The notes under the pieces were generated by a model. It searched no databases. It was not told where the DNA came from and saw nothing but the letters and a program-made list of their open reading frames with translations. DNA of 64,000 bases from Lentisphaerota bacterium (GTDB taxonomy: Bacteria; Verrucomicrobiota; Lentisphaeria; Victivallales; Victivallaceae). This document shows, piece after piece, positions 45,766-55,624 of this stretch. A program made the translations under genes and the position numbers. Every line of letters starts with the position of its first letter. Within the stretch, counting starts at the first letter, position 1. The stretch is taken from positions 18,395 through 82,394 of the forward strand of contig SUWK01000003.1 in NCBI GenBank assembly GCA_015061525.1. The letters run 5' to 3'.

Positions 45766-46929
45766 TTATTTTACATCATCAATGTGGATAATTACCCCGT
45801 TTTTGCGCAGTTCCCGCTGTAAATCTGTAATTGGAATATCTTTAGGATCAATATTTTGCTCTGAAGCCATCGTTGCGGCGATTCCGGCAGCTTCACCGGT
45901 CATGGCGGCGGCCGGAATCACCCGGAAAACTTCCCAGGCATCTCCGGAAGAATTGATACATCGTCCAGCTGCCAAAGCCCCTCTTAATGTTTTGGGGAGC
46001 AATGCTCCATAGGGTGTCTCCCAGGCAGTTGCGGCTTTGCGCCAGTCGGCGGCGATCCCCACTGAATCCGCACAAAATTTTCCGGCTTCTCCCGGTTTGA
46101 TTTCCGCCATTGCATCAATGCGCGCGATTTTCCGCAATTGCGGCATTCCCGGCAAATGAACCGGATAACAGATCTTACGCTCTTTGGCACTCATCGCATC
46201 GTAATAACGCCGTATTTCCCGGTATTGACGGCGGAGGAACTCTTGTATTTCGGCTGGCGAAAGTACCTGCTCCATCGAACCTTCCTCCGCCGGAGCCGGC
46301 AGCGGCTGGATGTGCAGATCACCGGAAAAATAATAAGAACTTCCGGAATTACGGTTTATTTCCATAAACCATGGGGTAGTGTAATTGGTTTCCGGGAATA
46401 CCCGCGCTCCTGCCATACGCAAAAGAAATGCTCCACCGGTAGCATCAATAAAACAGTCAGCGGAAATACTTTCCCTTTCCGTTCCGCAGAAAAGTTCCGC
46501 TTCAGTCAGGCGTTTTTTTCCATCACAGCGCACACCGGTAATGACCGTATCCAGATACAACTCCACCCCGGATTCCCGCAGCATTTTTTCCAGCGTCAAC
46601 CCATATCCTGCCGGAGAAAAACAGCAGCAGTAACGATCCCCGGCATCTCCACTGTCGGCACCGGGAATACCGCTCCACTTCTCTTTTACAGTAAATGGAC
46701 CGTAATCCTGACACCGCAGCAGCAGTTCTTCTGTTAATCCGCCTGCGATCTTTACATCCCGGTTATCGCTGACAGGCAGATAAATGTAAATCAATCCGGC
46801 AGTTGCCAAACCTCCCAAAATGCACTGTTTTTCCACCAGTATGACTTTTTTTCCGCGCCGGGAGGCGGCAAGTGCGGCAGCAACACCGGCGATCCCCCCT
46901 CCGCAAACGGCAACATCAAAATATTTCAT
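45766..46929 (-). CDS. FAD-dependent oxidoreductase
   Basis: The FDVAVCGGGIAGVAAA...VILVEK dinucleotide-binding motif followed by ILGGLATAG is typical of the FAD_oxidored family. Confidence 0.8.
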   Translation of the reverse strand: MKYFDVAVCGGGIAGVAAALAASRRGKKVILVEKQCILGGLATAGLIYIYLPVSDNRDVKIAGGLTEELLLRCQDYGPFTVKEKWSGIPGADSGDAGDRYCCCFSPAGYGLTLEKMLRESGVELYLDTVITGVRCDGKKRLTEAELFCGTERESISADCFIDATGGAFLLRMAGARVFPETNYTTPWFMEINRNSGSSYYFSGDLHIQPLPAPAEEGSMEQVLSPAEIQEFLRRQYREIRRYYDAMSAKERKICYPVHLPGMPQLRKIARIDAMAEIKPGEAGKFCADSVGIAADWRKAATAWETPYGALLPKTLRGALAAGRCINSSGDAWEVFRVIPAAAMTGEAAGIAATMASEQNIDPKDIPITDLQRELRKNGVIIHIDDVK

Positions 46930-47096
46930 GGTTCAAACATCCCTCCTTTTATACATAATATAGCATGGATGCCTTATCCCGACAATGACGTATTGTATCA
47001 TAAATAGTGTCGTATTGTATCAAAAATAAAGATTTACGACTTGAAATAAGGGGTTTTCAGTGTCATATTATAGAAAAATATCTCGGGAGGGATCTT

Positions 47097-47972
47097 ATGG
47101 CATGGCACAATTCATCTATTTGGAAAATTCGCAGGATCGGAAATTTTCCTCTGAAAATCGGTGGAATTTATTATTGTAATAATTGCGTTTTTCCCTTTAC
47201 GGGGCAGGAAAATGTCTGTCGGCTGCTGGAAGTCAGTTTGCGACTCCGTTCTGCAGCTAAACGATGTGAAGACCGGATTGATGGTATTCCAATGAATATT
47301 TCGTTCCCAAATGTGATTTTTAAAACTCCGGGCATGAAGATCGCAGTAGCCGGTGATCTTCCACGTGACACTATCGCTTTTTATTTTCAGCCGGCAGATG
47401 AAATTTTGCTGCGGGAGTGGGGATTGATTCCGGATGAACCTTTCTGGCCTATCCAGTTAAACGAAAATTTATTGCATTTGATTGCTGAATTCCGTCATTT
47501 ACTGGGGCGTTTTACCGTTCGGGGAATTGTGGATCAATTAGATTGGGTTTGCCTGCAAATCATCCGGGAGGTTTGTTTCCAGCGTATTTCCGATGAACAC
47601 CAATCGGATCCGGAAAGCCGGATACTGGAGGCGGCACTATATTTGCAGCATCACTTTGAACAAAAAATTTCCTGTGACACAGTTGCTGCCCGCTTCGGTT
47701 TTTCTCATGCGGGATTTTTCCGGGAATGGCGGCGGCACTTTGATTGTTCACCACAACATTACATTCTGAATTTCCGCTTGAAAGTTGCCGCTCTCCGGTT
47801 GATCCAGACCGATCTGCCTATTGCCGCAATTGCTGCGGAAGTGCATTTTTCCAGTTTGACAGCTTTTTATCGGAAATTCAGAGAAATGTACGGGTGTTCA
47901 CCACAGCATTTCAGAGTTAATGCCGAATATTGGAAGTGTGAATTTCCCGATTTTAATATCCCGCAAAAATAA
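47097..47972 (+). CDS. AraC-family transcriptional regulator
   Basis: The ATG at 47097 has a GGGAGGGA RBS. The C-terminal dual HTH (VAARFGFSHAGFFREWRRHF ... AAIAAEVHFSSLTAFYRKFREMYGCSP) is present. It is divergent from the glycan operon. Confidence 0.85.
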   Translation: MAWHNSSIWKIRRIGNFPLKIGGIYYCNNCVFPFTGQENVCRLLEVSLRLRSAAKRCEDRIDGIPMNISFPNVIFKTPGMKIAVAGDLPRDTIAFYFQPADEILLREWGLIPDEPFWPIQLNENLLHLIAEFRHLLGRFTVRGIVDQLDWVCLQIIREVCFQRISDEHQSDPESRILEAALYLQHHFEQKISCDTVAARFGFSHAGFFREWRRHFDCSPQHYILNFRLKVAALRLIQTDLPIAAIAAEVHFSSLTAFYRKFREMYGCSPQHFRVNAEYWKCEFPDFNIPQK

Positions 47973-48033
47973 ATGCGGCAAGACCGGGCGGTGCATATCG
48001 CGTGCTTGCAATATCCCCGCCCGGAAAAATCTG

Positions 48034-48561
48034 TTACGAGATGCTGTTGTGGTTTTCCACCACCACGATTGCCAGATGACAGCTCAAACGGAAACACCAC
48101 TTCAGTGCTTCAAACAACAGCAGCAGCGGGTCACATCCGGCGATATCTCCGGCAAAATCTTCGGTAAACTGCAGATAATTTTCCGCGCAGAGAAATGGAA
48201 ACCGTGAACTTTTGAACTCGGCTGTGACGGAGTCATCCGCGTAGAGCGGGATCCTGCCGTCAAACATTCCGGTCAGGTCGAAGGTCTGCTCCTTATGGTT
48301 GAACATATTGGTTACCGCTTCGGCAGCTTTGGCAAAGACGAATGTGAAGAGCGAGCTTATTTCATCCGGCTGCAACTCTTCTCCGTGTTTTTTTATATGT
48401 TCGTCCATGTGCTGGAACATTTTTACGATCAGAGCTTTTTCAGCATTGGCAAGCTCATCAGATACGGCGATCGGCTGGTCGAGCATATTCAACGATCGGG
48501 CTGTTTCTATGATACAGCGGGCGACTGCCTGTGCCGGAACGGAGGTGACAAAATCACTCAT
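48034..48561 (-). CDS. hypothetical protein
   Basis: 175-aa ORF, 21 nt downstream of the esterase gene on the same strand. Confidence 0.55.
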   Translation of the reverse strand: MSDFVTSVPAQAVARCIIETARSLNMLDQPIAVSDELANAEKALIVKMFQHMDEHIKKHGEELQPDEISSLFTFVFAKAAEAVTNMFNHKEQTFDLTGMFDGRIPLYADDSVTAEFKSSRFPFLCAENYLQFTEDFAGDIAGCDPLLLLFEALKWCFRLSCHLAIVVVENHNSIS

Positions 48562-48582
48562 TGGTTTTTCTCCATGAATTGT

Positions 48583-49545
48583 TCAAAGCATTTCTGCCAT
48601 GAATTTGAAAACGATATCCGCCATATCCGGCAGCGTTTCATGGGCGAAATCAGGATAGAGAATGTAATCTTTTTCCGCAGTGATCGCATTGAACGCTGCA
48701 AACTGGGTCGACGGCGGACAGGTGGTATCCATCATGCCGGTGAACAGCAGGGTTTTAGCTTTGATACGGGGCGCAAGATTGTGGATATCAATGTATCCGA
48801 GTCGGTTGAAAATTTCCTCCTGGCGTTCATGTCGGGGATCAAAACGACGGAAATAATCCTTGAGTTCTGCGTAAGCACCTTGCGCCAGATCCATTTCCCA
48901 TACCCGCTGATAATCGGTCAGAAACGGGTATACCGGAGCGATCCGGTTGATTTCCGGAACCAGTGAGGCGCAGGCGAGAGTCAGTCCGCCGCCCTGTGAA
49001 ATGCCGTGGACACCGACCCGCGTACGGTCGACTTCAGGCATATCCATGACGATATTGGCAAGTTGGGCGGCATCCAGCATGATGTGACGGAAAAGGAGAT
49101 CGTCCGGAGTATCATTATCCAGTCCGCGGATGATCTGACCGTGGAAGGTGTTGATTTTGTGACCGCCGGTATCTTCAGATTTACCGCCCTGACCGCGGCA
49201 ATCCATGTAGACCGTAACGAATCCGGCGGCTGCATATGCAACAGAAGTCATCCAGTCGTGATTGTTGCCGGTATAACCGTGAAAGAAAATGACTGCCGGA
49301 GCAGGGGCGGTCAACGCGGCAGGTTTCATCAGTTTTGCGTAGATTCTGGCATTGCGCACCCCGGTAAAGTAGAGATCAAAACACTCCACATTGGGGAACT
49401 GGAACTCAGATGGAGTCATCTTTATTTGCGGGTCAAGGCTTTTCATTTCAGAAACCGCCCGTTCCCAGTAAGCATCAAAATCTGCAGGACGGGGATTTCT
49501 GCCGGTGTACCGGAGCAATTCCTGAATCGGTTTATCTACTAACAT
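48583..49545 (-). CDS. acetylxylan esterase / cephalosporin-C deacetylase (CE7, AXE1 family)
   Basis: N-terminal DFDAYWE, HGYTGN, GISQGGG nucleophile elbow and a C-terminal HE pair. Confidence 0.85.
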   Translation of the reverse strand: MLVDKPIQELLRYTGRNPRPADFDAYWERAVSEMKSLDPQIKMTPSEFQFPNVECFDLYFTGVRNARIYAKLMKPAALTAPAPAVIFFHGYTGNNHDWMTSVAYAAAGFVTVYMDCRGQGGKSEDTGGHKINTFHGQIIRGLDNDTPDDLLFRHIMLDAAQLANIVMDMPEVDRTRVGVHGISQGGGLTLACASLVPEINRIAPVYPFLTDYQRVWEMDLAQGAYAELKDYFRRFDPRHERQEEIFNRLGYIDIHNLAPRIKAKTLLFTGMMDTTCPPSTQFAAFNAITAEKDYILYPDFAHETLPDMADIVFKFMAEML

Positions 49546-49564
49546 AATGTAATGATTCCTTTTG

Positions 49565-49747
49565 TTAAAATATTACAAAAAACATTCCGGTGAGCAAAAA
49601 GGCAAGTCCACCGATCACCAACATGGTGCGCCAACGCCAAAATGAGTGTTCCGGACGCCAGCTCCCCGGGGCGGTGGGGCGTCCGGCCAGACGGTTGAAA
49701 CCGCCGGTATGAACGTAGTTTTCAAGACCTTTAACTCTGGATTTCAT
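49565..49747 (-). CDS. possible small tail-anchored membrane protein
   Basis: 60-aa ORF that fills the gap between two genes. C-terminal TM MLVIGGLAFLLTGMFFVIF. No RBS seen. Confidence 0.35.
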   Translation of the reverse strand: MKSRVKGLENYVHTGGFNRLAGRPTAPGSWRPEHSFWRWRTMLVIGGLAFLLTGMFFVIF

Positions 49748-49749
49748 AA

Positions 49750-50817
49750 TCAGTCAACCGGACAGAATGATTCATTACCGGTGAAAGAAGCGATGGTTTC
49801 GGTCAGAAGTTTTACTGCGGCCTCTGCATCGCGCAGATCGCACATTTCCACCTGGCTGTGCATGTAGCGGTTGGGGATACTGAAAAGAGCTGTGGCAACA
49901 CCGCCGCGTGCCAGTTGGATGGCGGCAGTGTCAGTTCCGCCGGTGGCACGGTGGGCAACCGATTCCTGATAGGGAATTTTATTTGCTTTGGCTGTGGCAC
50001 GGAGGATCTTGCCCAGAACCACGTTGTTATCGCAGCTGCGGCTCAAAGCAGGACCTTTGCCAAGCGTGATATCGCCGTACTGTTTTTTGGGGATATCCGG
50101 CAGGTCGGTGGCGAAACCGACGTCAATACCAAAGCCGATGTGGGGATTGACTGCGTATGCTCCGGCAGTTGCTCCGCGCAGACCGACCTCCTCCTGAACT
50201 GTTCCCAGACCGTAAACGGCAACATTGAGTTTACGTTTTGCCAGAGCACGCATGGTTTCTGCAACGATGAATGCACCGATCTTGTCATCAGTACCTTTGG
50301 AAATGAAGCGGTGTTTGTTGAGCATACGGAAGTTTTCGCGCATGACAACCGGATCGCCGACAGAAACGAGTTTTTCGGCATCTTTGCGGGATTCCGCACC
50401 GATATCGATCCACATATCTTTGAGTTCAACTGATTTACTGCGTTCTGCTTCAGTAAGCAGGTGGATGGGCTTTTTGCCGATCACACCGGGAACGATACCG
50501 TTTTCTGTGAGGATATCGACTTCGCTGGAGGGTACGTTGAGTTTATCGATGCCGCCATTGGGACGGAAATAGAGCAGACCTTCATCGGAAATATGGACGA
50601 TCTGGAAACCGATTTCATCGTAATGTCCGGCAAGCATCACCCGCACGGGAGCTGTGGTATTGAGGGCGGCAATGGTATTGCCCATGACATCGCATTTTAC
50701 TTCACAGCACTCCGCAAGGTAGTCACGGAAAATTTTTGCCGCATTGGCTTCGTATCCGGTGGGACTGGCAGAACGCATCAAACGTTCCAAAAAATTCATG
50801 CTGGTTTTGTTGAACAT
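49750..50817 (-). CDS. M42 family metallopeptidase (FrvX/glutamyl aminopeptidase-like)
   Basis: Start MFNKTSMNFLERL with an AGGAGA RBS. Motifs SPTGYE, AGHYDEIGF, DDKIGA and QEEVGLRGA. Confidence 0.85.
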   Translation of the reverse strand: MFNKTSMNFLERLMRSASPTGYEANAAKIFRDYLAECCEVKCDVMGNTIAALNTTAPVRVMLAGHYDEIGFQIVHISDEGLLYFRPNGGIDKLNVPSSEVDILTENGIVPGVIGKKPIHLLTEAERSKSVELKDMWIDIGAESRKDAEKLVSVGDPVVMRENFRMLNKHRFISKGTDDKIGAFIVAETMRALAKRKLNVAVYGLGTVQEEVGLRGATAGAYAVNPHIGFGIDVGFATDLPDIPKKQYGDITLGKGPALSRSCDNNVVLGKILRATAKANKIPYQESVAHRATGGTDTAAIQLARGGVATALFSIPNRYMHSQVEMCDLRDAEAAVKLLTETIASFTGNESFCPVD

Positions 50818-50886
50818 ATTTTTTTCTCCTGAAAAATGTTTTGTGTATAAGGTATCGTCAAAGTGGGATTTTTTCAAGTATAAAAA

Positions 50887-50915
50887 TTGCAAAAAGATGT
50901 CCGGAATGCTATATT
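50887..50915 (+). promoter_or_regulatory. sigma70-like promoter candidate upstream of the riboswitch
   Basis: TTGCAA (50887-50892), 17-nt spacer, TATATT (50910-50915). Confidence 0.5.
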
Positions 50916-50924
50916 ATATGACAA

Positions 50925-51045
50925 TCTTCACGGAATAATGAGTGAATCCCGTGTGAATCGGGAGCTGTCGCGCAACTGTGATGCCGGAAACGGCAGAGCC
51001 AGATTCCTCACCGTGGTACAAAGTGCGCGTAACATGAAAGGATTA
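50925..51045 (+). promoter_or_regulatory. cobalamin riboswitch (compact variant lacking the large P6 extension)
   Basis: GUGUGAAUCGGGAGCUGUCGCGCAACUGUGAUG matches the conserved GGUGAGAAUCC..GC.G.CCCGC.ACUGU.A core. GAGCCAGAUUCCUCACC resembles the B12 box. The P1 pair is CACGG (50929-50933) with CCGUG (51011-51015). An AAAGGA RBS follows. Confidence 0.7.
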
Positions 51046-51050
51046 GACCA

Positions 51051-51839
51051 ATGCACAACTGTACACTTTTCAAGGGGAAGTTCACACTTATCGAACTTCT
51101 GGTAGTGATCGCCATCATCGCGATTCTAGCGGCAATTTTACTGCCCGCTTTGAATCAGGCACGAGAACGCGGACGCGTTGCAAGCTGCCAGAGCAATATC
51201 CGTCAGTTGGGAATGGCAAATTTGCTCTATGCCGAAAGCAATAATGATTTTTTCATTTATGATGCGGATTGGGGACCGCGGAAAACGTATTGGTGCGGCA
51301 AATTCAATCCCTCCAGTTACGGCGATGTGAAAGCTGAAGGGGGCCTGAATGATTATATGGGCAACGATGAAAATATCCGCAGTTGTCCGAGCTTTGTTTC
51401 CATACGGGAAGGCGGCAATAACGGAACCGGAGGTTACGGTTATTCATCGTGTATCGGCGAATGGAACATGCAGGATTGGAGCGGTATGAATCATCCGGCG
51501 AAACTGTCGCAGTTTGACCGTCCGACGCAGACGATTATGTTCGCTGATAATGCGTATCTGTCCGGCGGTCAGCTGGTGGAAAATATTTCCATTGAACCGC
51601 CGACTTGGAATTGGTTTTACGGTCAAAGCGGCGGCTCGATGCCGGATTCATTGATGCACTTCCGGCATAATGACAAGACCAGCGTGGCGTGGGCGGATGG
51701 TCACGTTTCCAGTGAAGGGCCGATCACCATTGAATCAGGCGGTAAGGGGTCCGGTTTCGGATGGTTCGGCGGTAAGGAACAAAGTGCGGTGATGGAATAT
51801 TTCTGGGTCAACCGCAGCCGTATCGCTTCAAATAACTGA
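51051..51839 (+). CDS. prepilin-type N-terminal cleavage/methylation protein, DUF1559 family
   Basis: [32 protein letters not shown]-terminus. C-terminal [17 protein letters not shown] is typical of DUF1559. Confidence 0.85.
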   Translation: MHNCTLFKGKFTLIELLVVIAIIAILAAILLPALNQARERGRVASCQSNIRQLGMANLLYAESNNDFFIYDADWGPRKTYWCGKFNPSSYGDVKAEGGLNDYMGNDENIRSCPSFVSIREGGNNGTGGYGYSSCIGEWNMQDWSGMNHPAKLSQFDRPTQTIMFADNAYLSGGQLVENISIEPPTWNWFYGQSGGSMPDSLMHFRHNDKTSVAWADGHVSSEGPITIESGGKGSGFGWFGGKEQSAVMEYFWVNRSRIASNN

Positions 51840-51857
51840 CAGATATCAAGGCGGATC

Positions 51858-52670
51858 GTGCCAAAAAACAAAATGAAAAGATTGATATTTGCATTACTGT
51901 TTCTACCGCTGTTGATAAGTGCGGCGGAAAAAATCGTGTCACTGTCACCAACGGTGACACAGCTGATATTGTATTTGGATGGGGGTGACCGGCTTTGCGG
52001 CAGAAGCAGTGCGTGCAGTTTTCCGCAAACAGCATCATTGCCGGTGGCCGGTGATTTGGGCAGACCGTTTCCGGAAGCGGTATTGAGTACCGGGGGAAAA
52101 ACGGTGATCAGTGATATTGCCCATCCGGAAGCGAATTGGGATATTTTACGCCGGTACAAAGTGCAAGTGCAATTATTGGATACGTCCTCAATTTCCCGGT
52201 TGCCGGAAAATATCCGGATCATCGGACGTCTTCTGGGAAATCCCGATGCCGGGAAAATTGCCGGTATGCTTGAACAGAAAATTACCCGGATGCGCAAAGC
52301 AATTCCGGAAAAAACAGTAAAAGGGGTTATCCTTTTCGGTACTGCACCATTGATCACTTGCGGCAGAAAATCATTCATCACCGATGCAATGAAACTTGCC
52401 GGAATTGAGAACGTCGCCGGAAATGCCGGAAACGGCTATTTTATCATCACTCCGGAGTACCTTTACCGGAGTGAGCCGGAAGTTATCATTATCATTGGCG
52501 TTCCCCGGGAAGTTGCCGGACACGATTTGAAACACGGATTACTGCGTTCTTTACCGGCGGTGAAAAAGAGCAGAATAATTTTTGCCGATCCGGAAAAATG
52601 GAGCAGACTTACTCCGGATATCCTTGATGCCGCTGAAAATCTGCATCGGGAACTGAAAAGGATACTTTGA
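51858..52670 (+). CDS. periplasmic binding protein, BtuF/cobalamin-binding-like (start at 51858 GTG or 51873 ATG)
   Basis: A signal peptide is followed by EKIVSLSPTVTQLILYLDGGDRLCGRS...FPEAVLSTGGKTVISD, the PBP type-8 (BtuF/FhuD) pattern. It lies downstream of the B12 riboswitch. Confidence 0.65.
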   Translation: MPKNKMKRLIFALLFLPLLISAAEKIVSLSPTVTQLILYLDGGDRLCGRSSACSFPQTASLPVAGDLGRPFPEAVLSTGGKTVISDIAHPEANWDILRRYKVQVQLLDTSSISRLPENIRIIGRLLGNPDAGKIAGMLEQKITRMRKAIPEKTVKGVILFGTAPLITCGRKSFITDAMKLAGIENVAGNAGNGYFIITPEYLYRSEPEVIIIIGVPREVAGHDLKHGLLRSLPAVKKSRIIFADPEKWSRLTPDILDAAENLHRELKRIL

Positions 52671-52710
52671 CACTCCGCACAGTAAGTGGAATATTCCGCA
52701 GATCGGATTA

Positions 52711-53613
52711 TTATTTACCGCGGATGGAGTTCCACAGATTACCGGCACCGTCGGAGATTTTTTTCGCGGTATCACCGGTTGTTTCGGAAATATTGCTGCC
52801 CAGGTCTTTAGCTCCTTTTACCAGATCATCCGTCAATTTCAAGCCTTGGTCAGAAAGAGTCCGGTAAATTTCTTTGCTTGAGTTTTTCACGCTCTGCACA
52901 ATATCATCCAGCAGTTCAGTAAACAGTTCCACAGCGATGTCCGGACCGGGAGTTCCCTCCGGTTCTGTTCCAACCGGACCGAGTTCGGGGAGAGTCACGA
53001 TCAAAGGCACTCCGAATTCCGGATGACCTTTCGGGATGACCACCAGACGGACATTGTCGATAATCAACTTGTCAAGCTGCAGATTTTTCTGCGGTGTATC
53101 GGCAGTTTTTTCCGGTGCAGGTTCGGTGTTTTTCTGCTGCGGAGCAACTTTTTTGACATTTTCAAGGATCGTATTCAAATTGCTGTCAGTGGAAAGTGGA
53201 AATGCCGTTTCATAATTGACCGTGATATCCTTCAATCTGATCTCCCTGATGATCGCTTTTCCGCTGCCGATCCATGACAGCAAATCGGTCTGCACTGCGA
53301 CATCACCGAGTTTTACTGCGTACTCGGCTCCGTACCCTTCCGGATTGCCGATGAGCAGGTTTTTGATTTCCACCCGTCCCCGGAGCAGACTTACAGAAAT
53401 GTCTTCCAATTCAAAGGGGACTCCGGCAATCTGGGGACCGATATTGGTGACCGCTGTTTTGATGACCGGTTCGATAAAGAGGATAAGCAAGGTCAGTACA
53501 ATCAGCAGAAAAAGGAAGATCCCGGCAAAAATTTTGAGCAGTTTTTTCTTCAGAGATGCCGGTGATTTTGGTTTTTTTTCAGGTTCGTTTGAAGTATTTT
53601 TTGTATTATCCAT
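52711..53613 (-). CDS. membrane-anchored AsmA-like/DUF748-like protein (alternative start at 53649)
   Basis: An N-terminal TM is followed by VTNIGPQIAGVPFELEDISVSLLRGRVEIKNLLIGNPEG, which resembles AsmA/DUF748 N-termini. Confidence 0.55.
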   Translation of the reverse strand: MDNTKNTSNEPEKKPKSPASLKKKLLKIFAGIFLFLLIVLTLLILFIEPVIKTAVTNIGPQIAGVPFELEDISVSLLRGRVEIKNLLIGNPEGYGAEYAVKLGDVAVQTDLLSWIGSGKAIIREIRLKDITVNYETAFPLSTDSNLNTILENVKKVAPQQKNTEPAPEKTADTPQKNLQLDKLIIDNVRLVVIPKGHPEFGVPLIVTLPELGPVGTEPEGTPGPDIAVELFTELLDDIVQSVKNSSKEIYRTLSDQGLKLTDDLVKGAKDLGSNISETTGDTAKKISDGAGNLWNSIRGK

Positions 53614-53702
53614 AGTTGTATTCCCTGTTAAATTGTTTGTAATGTGCATAAAATGTAATACGAAAATGCTGTAAATGCAAATAAAATCCGTTGTTTTTTG
53701 GT

Positions 53703-53730
53703 AAAAAAAATCCCGCCTGGTGCAGCGGGA
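53703..53730 (-). terminator. rho-independent terminator after pepD
   Basis: Minus strand: TCCCGC / GCGGGA stem followed by T8. Confidence 0.7.
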
Positions 53731-53748
53731 TCGCGATCAACAGAACAT

Positions 53749-55170
53749 TTATTTTGCCAATTCCAGCAGCAGATCACGCAAAAAGCGGTCTGCTTCGCCG
53801 ACAGACTTGATGCGCAGCTGCTCATTCGGCGTGTGGTAATTGTCGTGGTCGGGACCGCAGGAAATGATTTCCAAATCAGGATTTTTCATCGAGAACCAAC
53901 CTGATTCCAAACCGGCATGGATGGCGTAGGCAACAGATCGTTTCCCAAGTTTATCTGCACATTTTTGAGCGGTTTTCAGTAAAAGAGAATCCGTTTTCGG
54001 TGGAGTGGCCGGGTAGGTGTCACCCATGGTACTGACTCCGTGGAAAAGTTCAAAGTGCGCGATGATCGCATTGGTGATCGCTTCACGGTCACTATCCGCC
54101 AGACTGCGCTGGGTGCTGCGGATCACGACTTTATCCGCAAGAGTTCTGACGGTGGCAAGATTGCTGCTGGTTTTGACGATGTTCAACGTGTCAGCAAAAT
54201 CCATGACCTCATTGGGAACAAGGATCATTGCACTTAACAACTCTTTGGTGAATTTTGCGGTCCAGACTTTTTCAGGCGCGGCAATGGATTCAACCTTGAT
54301 GACCATATCTTTGGCATTGGAACAATCGGCTTTGATCAGCATGGTATACGCATCGGCAAGCTGCTGCAATTCACCTGCTGACACGGCTGCGATACCTTCG
54401 GCTGCTGCAAAATATGGGATAGCATTATCCGCAGTACCGCCGGTAAATGAATTCAGGCGCAAACCATTCTGTTGATCCAGAAATTCCGCCAGAAATTTAA
54501 GAGCATTGCCCCGATTTTCGTGAATGCATAATCCGGAGTGACCTCCGGGCAGACCGCTGAGGGTCACTTTGACCGCATGTCCTGACACTGAAGTGTCGTA
54601 CTCCGGGGTAAATACCGTTTCCAACCGGGCTCCTCCGGCACAGCCGATACAAAAACCGTTATCGCTGCCGTCCAGATTTACAAGATATTTGCCCTGCAAA
54701 TATTCCGGAGCCAGTGCTGCGGCACCGGACATGCCGGCTTCCTCATCTACGGTCAGAATCACGGTTAAAGCTCCGCAGCGGAACTCTTTATCCATAATGA
54801 CCGACAGTGCCAATGCCACGCCGATACCGTCATCTGAACCGAGCGTCGTACCTCTGGCTTTGACCCATTCTCCATCAATATACGGAGTGATCGGGGTATT
54901 GATAAAATCAAATTCACCCTCGCTTGCCGGAACCATATCCATGTGCGCCTGCATGATCACCGGTTCCGCATTTTCCATTCCGGAGGAGGCCGGACGATGG
55001 ATAATCAAGTTGCCGGTTTCATCCTGAATTACTTTCAAACCGGCATCAGCAGCTTTCTCTGCCAGAGCTGCGGCAACGGCGGCTTCGTGTTTGGATATGT
55101 GGGGAATGGAGCAGATCAGGTCGAAAATCTCCCATACACTCTGCGGGGTAAGTTTGCTGATTTCACTCAT
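53749..55170 (-). CDS. pepD: aminoacyl-histidine dipeptidase PepD (M20C)
   Basis: MSEISKLTPQSVWEIFDLICSIPHISKHE...GNLIIHRPASSGMENAEPVIMQAHMDMVP closely parallels the E. coli PepD N-terminus. Confidence 0.9.
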   Translation of the reverse strand: MSEISKLTPQSVWEIFDLICSIPHISKHEAAVAAALAEKAADAGLKVIQDETGNLIIHRPASSGMENAEPVIMQAHMDMVPASEGEFDFINTPITPYIDGEWVKARGTTLGSDDGIGVALALSVIMDKEFRCGALTVILTVDEEAGMSGAAALAPEYLQGKYLVNLDGSDNGFCIGCAGGARLETVFTPEYDTSVSGHAVKVTLSGLPGGHSGLCIHENRGNALKFLAEFLDQQNGLRLNSFTGGTADNAIPYFAAAEGIAAVSAGELQQLADAYTMLIKADCSNAKDMVIKVESIAAPEKVWTAKFTKELLSAMILVPNEVMDFADTLNIVKTSSNLATVRTLADKVVIRSTQRSLADSDREAITNAIIAHFELFHGVSTMGDTYPATPPKTDSLLLKTAQKCADKLGKRSVAYAIHAGLESGWFSMKNPDLEIISCGPDHDNYHTPNEQLRIKSVGEADRFLRDLLLELAK

Positions 55171-55196
55171 AAGTACAACCTTTCAAAACATTATCA

Positions 55197-55234
55197 ATAA
55201 AAAAGGCAGATCCACGTTTTACGGTGGATCTGCC
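55197..55234 (-). terminator. rho-independent terminator after rplQ
   Basis: 11-bp stem GGCAGATCCAC / GTGGATCTGCC with TTTTTTATT on the minus strand. A T-run is also present on the plus side. Confidence 0.8.
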
Positions 55235-55259
55235 GGGATTTTTTTGCAAGCGTTACAGC

Positions 55260-55622
55260 TTACTTCTCATCTTTGACCAGACGGATCAGGCACATTTCAG
55301 CGGCATCACCGCGACGGAAACCCAATTTGAAGATCTGGGTGTAACCACCGTTGCGCTCTGCATACGCCGGAGCAACCACGTCAAAAAGGTTTTTGACAGC
55401 ATCACGGCTGCGGAGTTTGGCGAAAGCCAGACGGCGGCTGTGAAGATCACCTTTTTTACCGGTGGTGATGAGCTTTTCCGCGAAACGGCGAAGCTCTTTG
55501 GCCTTGACGATAGTGGTCTCGATCTGACCGTTGATAAACAGACTGTTCGCCATGTTGGCGAGCATCGCCCGGCGATGGGCACCGGAACGACCGATTTTGA
55601 AAGTGGCGACTTTATGACGCAT
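55260..55622 (-). CDS. rplQ: 50S ribosomal protein L17
   Basis: The [25 protein letters not shown]...[15 protein letters not shown] pattern is canonical L17. Confidence 0.95.
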   Translation of the reverse strand: MRHKVATFKIGRSGAHRRAMLANMANSLFINGQIETTIVKAKELRRFAEKLITTGKKGDLHSRRLAFAKLRSRDAVKNLFDVVAPAYAERNGGYTQIFKLGFRRGDAAEMCLIRLVKDEK

Positions 55623-55624
55623 GA

